This document shows, piece by piece, positions 1-15,900 of a stretch of DNA of 64,000 nt. How positions within the stretch are numbered: the first letter of the stretch is position 1; every line of letters begins with the position of its first letter. The translations under genes and the position numbers were made by a program. This DNA is from Lingula anatina (lineage: Eukaryota > Animalia > Brachiopoda): contig CM120640.1 of NCBI GenBank assembly GCA_051362555.1, positions 7,006,001 through 7,070,000 on the forward strand, read 5' to 3'. Under the pieces are notes generated by a model. It did no database searches. It worked only from the letters and a program-made list of their open reading frames with translations, and was not told the origin of the DNA.

Positions 1-61
1 TAATAAAGCTGCATCAAAACCAGGAAGCATGATGATGAGGACGTCATGTTTGTTTAACTTA

Positions 62-4449
<4,388 letters not shown>

Positions 4450-4870
4450 TATTTTCTGGCTGTTTCTGTTTTCAAACCATTAATTAATTTCCAATACAAT
4501 CCCGAACGAGGAAGAGGTGAACTATGTAAATCCGGAAGTATAAAGGCGTATTTCACAATGCGCAGGTGCAGGTATTTGGAGAACACTAAGTTGAAGATTG
4601 GGGTTACAAGCAAATAAAAGTGATACACGTCTTATGGTTGATTGTTCATCGAGAAATATTGATAATGAGACTGTTTGCAACAATTAAAACTTTACTATGG
4701 ATAGGTTTCCTTGGATAAATGAAAATTATGTCGAAAACATTTTCCCTGGTGTCGGCACCCGAGTCGCAGTCTTAACTTTAATTTAACCGGATACACTTGG
4801 AGCAGAAGACGGATTTCACCTTGAAGACAATCACTCTGTCCAAAGCTTTGGATTTACCAGCGAAGACCGA
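4450..4870. promoter_or_regulatory. Bidirectional promoter RAB35/ABHD11
   Basis: The start codons diverge with 421 bp between them. There is an ETS/GABP-type CCGGAAGT at 4532-4539 and an NRF1-like TGCGCAGGTGCA at 4559-4570, and the region is locally CpG-rich. Confidence 0.7.
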
Positions 4871-7292
4871 ATGCTGTCTCTTAAAAGACTTTTCTTCAAT
4901 TGTGAAGCATGTCTCTGTCACCAACTCAATGCCAGAAAAATGTCATGTATACTTGGGTAAGCTTTCTTGGTTGCTGATGACGTACAATTTACTACTGTAC
5001 TACATGTACTAGTTAGGTAACAACACTGCCAACAGCATCTTACTACAGATTGCCAGTGGGAGTGCTGGTAAATGGTCGCTGAGTAATATTATACATATTG
5101 TGTTTATTTATATATTTACTAACTGTTTCGTTCCATGTTTAAGTTTTGTCTCAGTACTTAGTAAGCAGAGTTACCTTTCACCTTCATCTGCTCCACACTA
5201 TTGAAAAGCAAAATTAAAGCATTGTACCACTACTGACATAAGTACTGGCATTAGTTCATTCAATTCACCTCAAGAAATGTCACTGTGAAGTAAAAAATCA
5301 TGAAAAAAGTTTTTAATCTCTGTCGTTTGTTTAATTAGATGTCAGGGGAGTGCTGGTTACTTATTAATGCATTATATTATACTAGTATGAAATATATTGT
5401 TATGTTATTGTTCTTTTATTTATTTTTTACAAGTCCTCAGTTTCTTGTCAATGGAAATCAATATGTGGTGACCCTGAAATGAAGATTCTGTGGTACATAT
5501 GTATGGACTATTATTTTGTTTCATTTTCAGTTTTTATCAGTAATGGGTGGGGGATAGGGTGGGGCGAGATAATATACAACTCTGAACTGATGTGATGAAA
5601 GCCAAACCTCTAAGTGATTCAAAAACTAATACAAAATGTTTTATTATCAAATTCAGTCCTCTGAAGCTAGCCCATACTGTATACAACTCAAAGAAAGTGG
5701 AAGATAATTGTCCACTTGTTGTACTGCATGGATTGTTTGGATCAAGAACTAACTGGCATTCACTGGCAAAATCAATGAGCAGAAGAGGAAAAAAGGTATA
5801 TCTTGTTTGATTTGTTTTTCAAATAAAGTAGTTTTCAACTTTCTCTTTTATCATTGATATGAAAAAATTTTATAACTTGAAGATATGTTTTTTTATTTAC
5901 CTTTAATATTTAGATTTTTTTATCAGCCAATGAACATTTATTTATTTGTTTTATAAATGATTGTTAATTGTTAATATTGTTTAAATGAATGGCTGCTGTT
6001 CAATGCTTAACAGGTAATTACAGTAGATAGCAGAAACCATGGTGACAGCCCTCACTGTGAAGAAATGGACTACTTTGCCATGAGTGAGGATGTCACAAAC
6101 TTGCTGCAAACCATGGAGATAGAGAAAGCCATTGTCATTGGACACAGCATGGGTGGGAAAACAGCAATGACACTAGCTCTTACACAGGTTTGTATTTTGT
6201 TCTGCAATAATTACAGTTGTTTTCAACCAAGAGGGTGATATTAGAAGCCTTTCTGTCCCAACCACAGATCTTTTTAGCAAATCTGATACAGGTATGTTTC
6301 ATGCCACACATTTTATTTTAATTACACCAGTGATTATTGGATGATAATAATATTCATGTTATTTTAGCCAGAACTAGTGAGGAAGTTAGTGGTAGTAGAC
6401 AATGCACCAGTGCAATTCAGCATGACAAAGTCCGACTTCCCTAAGTACATTCAAACTATGAGGAAAGTTCAACTGGATCAGTCAAAATCTTTGATAGAAA
6501 ACAGAAGGAATGCTGATGAAGTTTTGCAGGAGGCAGTAAAAGTAAGAAAGTATTTTATGTCATGTCACATATCATAATCTGATTTGAAAGGAATAGCTGT
6601 TCTTTGAAGAAGACATCTGTTCTTAGTATTATATCATTCAGATTTATCAAAGGAATGTTGAATTATTTGTAATGTTTAATGTAAATACTTTACTTTTTGA
6701 GGGGGGGGGGGGAGTTGCTGGAGAATAATGTTCTGTATTTATTTCAGAGTGAAAAAGTACGCAGTTTCCTCCTTACCAACTTAGTGGAGAAAAATACAAT
6801 AATACAGTGGAGATGTAATTTGGACTATATTGAAAATAATCTAATGAATGTCTTTGGATTTCCGTTTTTTGATGATTTTGAAGCTTATGTAGAGAAGACA
6901 TTATTCATTGGAGGAGAAAATTCTGATTATATTGAGTAAGTATAAGTGAAGTATGTCATGAACACTTGCACATATACACACACTGAGCTTTATACTGTTT
7001 AAAGTTTTTATGATTATTTATTTTCTTTGCAAATTTATACATTACATATAAGTTTCATTTTCCAGTTCCAACTAATGAGTTTTGAATAAATTGTTTAGTA
7101 CCATTAAGATGAATGGGGTTTTATTTCAGAGAGGAATATTTTGAAGAGATTCGCAGACTTTTTATCTATGCTGAAGTACAGTACATTGAAGGGGCAGGCC
7201 ACTGGGTTCATTCAGACAAGCCTACAGTATTTTTACAGACATTGTTTAATTTTATTAGCAAGAAAAAAACAATTCGTCATGCTAGTTTATAA
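4871..7292 (+). CDS. ABHD11: Alpha/beta hydrolase ABHD11-like (~307 aa, 6 exons)
   Basis: Exons 4871-4956, 5657-5795, 6014-6187, 6368-6541, 6748-6935 and 7130-7292 join in frame. Motifs: LHGLFGS, DSRNHGDSPH, nucleophile GHSMGGK, VVDNAP, FIGGENSDY, GAGHWVHSDKP. The N-terminus MLSLKRLFF resembles a mitochondrial presequence. Confidence 0.9.
5357..5468 (+). repeat. Diverged direct repeat, copy 1 (copy 2 at ~7312-7399)
   Basis: tacaagtcctcagtttcttgtcaatggaaatcaatatgtgg vs tacaagtcctcattttcttttcaatgaaaatgaatatttgg, with shared upstream ttac.tattaatgca and aaatatattgtt. Confidence 0.65.
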
Positions 7293-9030
7293 TATTTATT
7301 GATATTTAATTTTACGTATTAATGCAATTATTAAATATATTGTTGTACTTTTATTTATTACAAGTCCTCATTTTCTTTTCAATGAAAATGAATATTTGGG
7401 ATCTGCTTTTAATTCTTCATTTTATATAAGACAAAAAATTATTTATTAAACAATGTATGTATCCTAGGAAGGTCACAGTAAGCCTAGTAAATATAATTGT
7501 ATTTTGCAAGATCAAAATATTGTCTGTGACTGTCAGTAATGTGGTCCATGTGTTGTTTTATCCATATGCATTTTTAGAGAACATTGTTATTGCCCTTCTT
7601 AATTTTTTCTCATTCTGTGGCATTACATTATTTACATGAAAAGGATGTTTTAAAATCTTTTTGCCTCTGACAAGGTTTCATTTAATATAAGTCATAATAT
7701 GTTGAATAATACGAGTTAAAATATGTGACATTAGCCATTGGTCCAAGGCATTTGTTCAGTATTTTCACATTGATAGTCCAATTGGACTAGTAGCAATATT
7801 TCCATTAGCTAAAAGTTCAATTTTCTGGAAGATAATATTTAGGGGCTTTGTGGTAGTTTGTGACCTATAGTACAGAATATGAAAGTGACTGGATGTGAGA
7901 TGTATAGTAATTTCCATAAAAAAATTTAATAAAAGACTGATAAGTAACCAGTCATGTGTTGTCCTCCTTAGAACTAAAAATGAAAAGAAAAAAAATGCAT
8001 AACGAAACAAATTTTGAACCTACTTTATTTTTTGTAAAGCCACATCAATAGGTGCAGTAACAACAACTACATATAGTAATACAACAAACAAGTACTTGAA
8101 CACTGAACCATTAGTGTATTAACTATAGCACTGTATATCTCATCACTTTCATTCTTTGGACTAGACTAGCATAAATAATACATAGTATTAGCACCAACAA
8201 ATACATAAATATCATCTGTAGCTAAAATGCTATCAGAATTTACTTTAAGTGACTGCCCCCTTTAGTGAGGCTTTAATTGAAATAATTCAATGATGGGAAT
8301 GTATTGATATCAATATATAGAAAATACTATAAAAATTATCTCCATTGATGATATAACTCTGTAATGCATCAAAATCAGTGAACAGAATGGTGCATTCTTA
8401 GCATTAGGAAGAGTCTATTAAAGGAAGGATTACAAATCACCTGTCAAAATCTTTGGTTTATTAAAGGTAGTTCTGGGGAAATTCTATGCATGTGTGCACT
8501 TCTATTTGTCCATATTTGTATCACATAAATGTATACTGCCGATGAACTTGCAGATGATCAACATGTTGTCAGTCTACTCCACAGTAATGACCAACTATAA
8601 TAGTAACAGCTGAAGAAAAGATGACTCTTTATTTCTGTTAAAGTAATACCAGTTCGTAATATAGCTATAATGAACTTACATATTATGTACTTGAAGGATT
8701 CAATCATGAGTTAGGCTGTAAACTTATTACATTAGAAGGCATATCATGCAAATTATGGAAGGAGGCAAATTTTTGTACGTATTTCTGGATGGATGTTCTA
8801 TGGGTTACATCAGTTTTTTGGACAATCCTCAAAAAGTGAACATTTGAGCCACATTGGCAATGCACATATGAATTATGTTGATTCCTTTCTAAATTTGAGG
8901 GTACTGTAGTATAAAACAGCAAAAATAAACAGACAAGCCAAAATTATGCAAATATTGCACAAAATGTGTGGACACAATGCAAATGATTACTACCTGTATA
9001 ATAAGGAATTGCCCTTCTAAGAGAACGGTG

Positions 9031-9084
9031 CAAATTCCCTGTAATGAAGCACTTCAAACAAATTCCCTGTAATGAAGTGCTTCA
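9031..9084 (+). repeat. Two-copy tandem repeat, 28-bp period, with hairpin core
   Basis: caaattccctgtaatgaagcacttca aa caaattccctgtaatgaagtgcttca. Confidence 0.85.
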
Positions 9085-9901
9085 TACCAAAAATCCATTT
9101 AGTTCATCTTTCAGTAAAATAAGTGACGATAAACAAAGGCCTAGTCAAACATGACTGTAACAGATTTTTTAAAAGAAAGGAATGTTGTGAAGAAATTACC
9201 GTAAGTTGATGAGTAATGACAGTTCAAGGAATGTCTTACTTGTACATATATCTTAAAACACAGTCTTAATCAATTTTTAGTATATCACCTTTGTATTCTA
9301 TATTTATTGGTAAAGATTCCAATAAGAAAAGCTACACTTTATGTAACTCAATATTTAGTTGTTGCATTAGATTATGTAACAGGATTGATCTTAATATTTC
9401 TGTTAATGTTCAACAGAAATTTTTGAAACATGCTGCACAGCTGACCTGTTGGAAAATACATTGTTAAACATGCACTTTTTGCAGGTTACAATAAATATAA
9501 ACAGTTTCATTATTTAAGGGGTCAAGTTTTTGAAGTATCTAAATGATTTGACTAGGGAGCACTTGATGCACTCAAAAAAAAACTTACGTTTTTTTTTTTC
9601 TTTCTTTTTTTACAAATAATGAGGAAGCATATAGTTATTAGACATTTAAAAATATGTACATGTAAATGCTAACACAGCTTTTAAGCCTGAACCTTGAAAG
9701 CAAACATCACAGATATTTACAAGTAACCATCAAGCACCCACCAACATTCTGTTTACCCCTACACGACCTCTTTCTGGTAAATTTTATGGTCAAAGCAGCA
9801 CATTTGATCACAAACAGAAATGAAAGCACATGTACCCCCCTCCCCCCGGATTGCACTAATAAAGCATCTACATAAGTACATAATATAGATGGAACATGAT
9901 A

Positions 9902-12900
9902 TCAAGGAAAGATATGGAATGTTCTCTTGGGAGAAGAAGCTTCAGCTTTGAGTTCATCTTTTTCTGTCTCATCTTTTATCTGTCTCTTCATCTGGGTACC
10001 AATTAAGTCATGCATGTCCAGCTGAAGAGCAAACAATATCTACATTATATACATACATAATCAGATACAAATATTTTCAATTCTTGTGGAACGTTTCATC
10101 TTCATTTTATAAAGAGAATGTAAAGGATAATGCTATTTTAAAACGGCTCCACACATTTATACATAGTTGAAAAAAATATGCTTTTTATGGAAGTGTCCAC
10201 TTTAGGGTCAATGATTATAGTCATGCATTATGGTCAGATTACAGCACATTCTTTGCTGGATGATGAAAAATTTAGTCATGATAAAAAAAAGTTAATTTTT
10301 TTAAGTTTTGAAGCCTATGCAATAAATATGTATCTATTTAGAATCTTCTCAGCAAAAGAGTTGCACAATTTATTTCTGAAGAATAAAACCATAATAATGT
10401 CAACACCTACCTGCCACTGCTCCAGCTGTTGTGAAAGTTCAATCTTCTGTTGTATGGCTTCCATCAGCTGTTTGTGAAGAGTCATGTAGTCCAGCTTGGC
10501 TTTGGCTAGCTCTACTTCCATACTGTTTCGTCTAAAATGGAAGAAAAACATGAAACTGAAACAGTTCACAATCCACAAACAACAGTTCAATATGAACCCT
10601 TGTTTTATGAAAACTGATTTGCCAGTTATTCAAAACCTTCAGTGTGATACATGTAACTGTGTTCATTAAGGCATATGGAGTTTAAAAAGTTATTATTTTC
10701 TATAACTTGTTACCTTATTATCATATCTCAGAATAATTTGATAAATTAATTAATCCCCCCCCCCCCCAATAAAAAATCAGAAATAGCGCATCAGGGGTCC
10801 ATGATTACTTTGATATTGCTTCATTTCTGTCCTGCCTGGCACCTTCAATTACTTCATCTCTGGTGACAGTTGTAAGAGCTTGGTCTTGCAGGCGATCACG
10901 CTCAGCTTGAATCTTGGACATCTCCAACTGCTGCAACTCCAGCTGAAGACAAAAAATACAAGTGCATCAATTTACCTACAGTGACTGTACACTGAATTCT
11001 ACAAACATTTAAGATTGATGATAGAGAACTTGTGAAAGATTGATCATAGAAAACTTGTGAAATGACTACATGAGTTATGTAACCCATCAAATGTAACTGT
11101 TGCTGGTCCACTTTGGTTTTGGTTCATTTGCTATTGTGTACCACACTGACCTCATCATGAAATGATGGTCCTGCAGAGTTCACCAGTACTCAGCATCTGT
11201 GATTATTAACTCAATTCTGACAGTATACGGGGCTCAAGACTAAAACTGAAACTATGGTTTTCAAACCAAGAAAGAGTACTCTGTGGTATATAGTTGTCTT
11301 GCAGGTTTATTGTTGTTACTAAAAGAAGTACTCATGGGAATTGAGTCAAACGTTTTTTTAACTAAAATCGTTTTTAGGCAAACAATGGATGCAAATAAAA
11401 ACTTAATATCTCACCTCCTGAATGCTGATCTGATTAAGGTGTGATGCAAAAGAAAGAAAAATTATTACTGATGAAGAAACATTCTCTTTTCTAACTAAAC
11501 TTATTCAAGAGTAGCAATAAAAACGACTGATTTGTAGTAATCCCAAATTTTGCTCTCATCTTCACAATATGAATATGAAGTTGAGGTGAAATCAGATAAG
11601 GGAGTGAATGCCAAAAATATGCAGGCTGTGGTAGGAACTTCAAATTTTCCAGAATTACTTTATGAGTACTCAAGCACTGTGATTCAGAAAAAAAAATCCC
11701 ATGAATATGATCATCAATAACCAAAAGTGAAAAAATACAATAGCTACAGTGGGGATCGTAGCAGAATGAAAATGATCTAAAAATCTTAGTATCAAAATGC
11801 ATTTGATTTGCACAAAAACATTTTCAAGTGTGATGCTACTCAATACAATCATTTTTAAAAAACAATCAACTGACAGAAAATCTTAAAAAATAAAATAAAA
11901 AGAAAGGGGGTAGGTGAGATCAATGCATATCGTTTTAGAATAAGAATTATGCAAAGTGATAATTATCTATGGTGAAAAGACTTCAATATAAACAATAAAA
12001 ATAATGATAATAATAATAAGTAATACTTTTCTAATGAAAAACAAGCAATACTTATAGTGAGTTAATTTATAGATGCTGTTGAGCTCATGTTTATGAACAA
12101 TACAAAATTATAACCATTGCCCCAGTTTAGTCTAGCAGAGAAACATAGGCATCTGTACATATCTTTGGATGCAGACATCTAAGTTAAATATGTTAATATG
12201 TACATAGTAAATATAATTTTAACTAAGTAACTACACTGTACATTTTTTACAGCTCAAAGCATACTTTTCTCAACCCTAAAAGATACATTTTGACTCAATA
12301 ACACATCTCAGAGTTAGAAACCGCCACTGGTTTAACAATACCACAATGATACTTTCTCACCCAAGCAAATAAAACCTTCATCTTATTGACCAAATAAAAG
12401 GGCTAGTAACATTTTGGCTGTTTGACAAACTCTTGACTTGTCAGCAAGAGAAGATTGTCAGAACTGAGGTCAAACAAAGGGTGAATTTCCTGACATTTTC
12501 TATGATACCCTTGATGGCCAGTGATGAAATTAAAAATGTGTCTAAGACTGAATGTATTCATATATGTATAACAGAAATGCTGCAGGCAAGAAATAAATAG
12601 ACACATTTCAGAAATATAATTCCAAAATGCTACCTTGTTGAATTAAGCACAATTACTACCTGACACAGGAGAAAAAGATGCAAGGTTACTAGACAAGTTT
12701 TAATGCTACGCCCAAGATGCAACAACATCAAAAAAGTTGCTGCAAAAAGTTTTCTCTACCTTTACCTTGCTTGTGAGAGATGTCAGCTCTGCTGTCTTCT
12801 GGTGGAGTTCCTCATCTTTGCTGATCATTTGCTGGTTTAACTTTTGCAGTTCTCTCTGTGTTCTTGTCAGCTCTTGGCGCATCATGGATATTTTTTCTTC

Positions 12901-15900
12901 CAACTCTTGTCTATCATTTTCTTCAACTGAGTCAGGAGAGTTCAAACAAGGACACTCCTATAAAACAGAAATGTGATAATTACTACATAAATTACATATG
13001 TTCATAGGTTGGGAAAGAATACATCAAAATGAATTTGTACAACTTCGCAAATTTTGAAGAAAAATCAAAGAAACAACTTTTTTATGTAAAAAATAAAATT
13101 ACTAAACTATATGGATGTTTCACAGAAATACTGTTAATACAAATAATTTTTTCTAACAATAAGATCTCATAGGGGTTCTGATACTTACTTTTTTACCTGA
13201 CAATGCTTGAATCAAAGACCTTATTTCTTGTGTAACCATCTGCAAATGATCTTTTCGCATATCCTGTGAAGTAATATCATCAGGAGAAAGAGTCTCTGAT
13301 CTGCTACGGGTTATTTCTCTGGCCATAGCTCGAAGCTCTTGATAGACAAGCAGCAGTTCTTCTTTCAGCTAGTAAAACAGTGGTATCCAATTTATCACAG
13401 TCTTTATAAGAATGCTTAAATATAACATTAACTACACAAGTATTTAAAAACTATCATCTGTTCAAGGATTAACAATACCTCCTCACTTATCAAACATTTT
13501 ATCTGAAAGCAAAACTGCAGAACTGAAAATGAATAAAATTTTTTACAAAGTCTTTCTTTCTATTAGCTCAAGCAGCCAAACTACGTATTTATACCTGTCG
13601 GTTCTGTTCTATATGTTCAGAATCCGTAAAGCCTGCTGTGGTGCCATTCAAGCTATCAGGGAAGGACAGGGAGGACTGTAGGTTTCTGGGATCATTATCT
13701 CTGACAGGTGAAAGCATCATTGCATCATCATCACACTCAACATCATCATCATCCTCATCACATTCTGACATCATTTGTGTACTAAATAATAAATTGCTTG
13801 GTCGTGGATGTGGCTGGAAGGAAAGGAAAGGACGGCAACATTACATTTTGCTGGTTTAATCATAAAAGCTGGTTGCAACCTAGTAGCTTCAACATGATTT
13901 CCAATCAAAGTTAACTCATTTTATATGCTTTCCAGAGTAAGAAACTAATAGACAATTACCACATCCACTCCAGCAGCTGCCAGTTCCATGTCTAGGGAAT
14001 TTTCTGACTGCCCCAGTTCATTAAACAGAGATTCTTGGTTGTCATATCTGTGCGAGGCTACATGGAGAGATAGCCCTTCAAGCTGCTCCTGGAGCTGCGA
14101 GTTCTGTTCCCTGAGTTCACCCAGTCCTTGCTCTTGTAAATGCAGCTGAGGAATAAAATAATAACTCAAGTGAATTGGTCAGAAATGACAATCATTTTGG
14201 GATATAAAGATTATGGTTGAAAAATGATAGGAATCATACTTTGCAAGGCCGATCTCAAGTGGTATACAATAAATAAATAAATTTCAAAAGAAAAATATGA
14301 AATACTCCTGGGCTTGAAATAAATTATTTTCAGGCACTTGCCCTGCTGGGCAAGTAGGTCTGAAAATCTAAGAAAATTTTGAAGCTAACTGGTGCATTTC
14401 TCCAAGAAAATTACAATAGTTCTGTATTCTAAATGTTCGATTTGTCCAGACAGACATTGAGACCGTCACAGTTTTCCTGACATTTCAGAAGGAAATATCA
14501 ATATAAGATGATTTTTTGAGGCGTTTTATCATTTTTAAGGTCTGAATTGGGAGAGAGAAGTAGCTCTGCAGGATATTTCGACATGACTTTGGTATATTTT
14601 GAAATGTGTGCAGTATACCTTTAAAGGTGAAGGAAGTAACAGTAATAAATTATGATGACAAACCATGTAATATACCAAGTAAAAACAAAGCAGATGGCAA
14701 GCAGCATGACATTCAAGTGTACTTAACCATAAACTATGTAATAACTCTTTCTGGACTTCTGTTGTCCCATTTTATGACAACATGAGCATACAGGTAATAA
14801 ATTATTCACATCATGGTGATATGACAATAGCCCTAGACTGTATAATAGAGTTCACCACCTTAAATGGCATAATCATTAGTAAGCAAGTCTGTTCAATTTG
14901 TCTGAACTTAATAATAAGACAGGAGCTTGGGTTTTAAAGAAATTTCAGCATATTTATTATGAGACCAAATACTTAATCGACTCACTGGGGAGTCCAGATG
15001 TCGCCCATAAGAACTGAATGAAAAATATTGTAATCCTGTGATTCTTTGAAAAATTAACAAATGATTGTCTCATAGGTAACCATCTTTTTAAATGAAATGT
15101 TATTTACCTGGTGTTCTTGCTCTCTATTTTGTTTCTCCAGCATCATGATACGGTCTTGTGATTCCTCTAATGTTCTAAGCAGCTCATCTCTTTCTTTGGT
15201 CACAGCAGCTATTCTTCTGTCAAGTTCATTTTTGCGCTCAGTGAGAATTGCAATCTGTTCGTGAATAGAAGAATTTAAATAATATTTTTATCAAATTTTC
15301 TTTTTAGAATGATACCCATGCTAACTAAGGAAAACAAATACTGCAATACAGTTGACGTTCAAGCCTAGAGAATCATTTCTGATAAAATATCAGATGTATT
15401 GAAACATCTCCAGACACTCAACATATTTATGATCAATAAATAATCATGAAAAAACATTGCACTTAGCCAAAACTTAAGGATATGTCTATTTTATTTTTGC
15501 ATGAATAACAGTGAAAAGAAAATTTCAATTTCAAGAACTGCCTTTCCAAATAATAGTTTTAAACAATCCCTGATGCAATGGTTCAGTGGCATGTACATAT
15601 ACAAAGGATTTAATTCAAAGATTAATTTCCTGGGGATTTGAGCAAATAGTAAAAAATCAATATCTAGTTAGTTCACTGCAATATATAGGGCTTCAGGTTA
15701 AACATTAGTGTCTATGTAGAGAAATCCACCTAAATAAACCCAACTGTTATAAGTTAAAACTCAGAGTAAGCATTTTATGATTAGCTAGCAGTATCAACAT
15801 TAATTCCAGATGTGATTTTTACTAAGTTGAACACTCCATGTTTCTATTCTAAATTATATTACTCAGAGTTGTCCATAAAGAAGGATATACTTTTTATAAG

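Noticed and set aside
14330-14625. Possible TTAA-type transposon remnant (hairpin acttgccc-tgct-gggcaagt; end cagtatacctTTAA)
   Set aside because: I found no matching second terminus or TSD.
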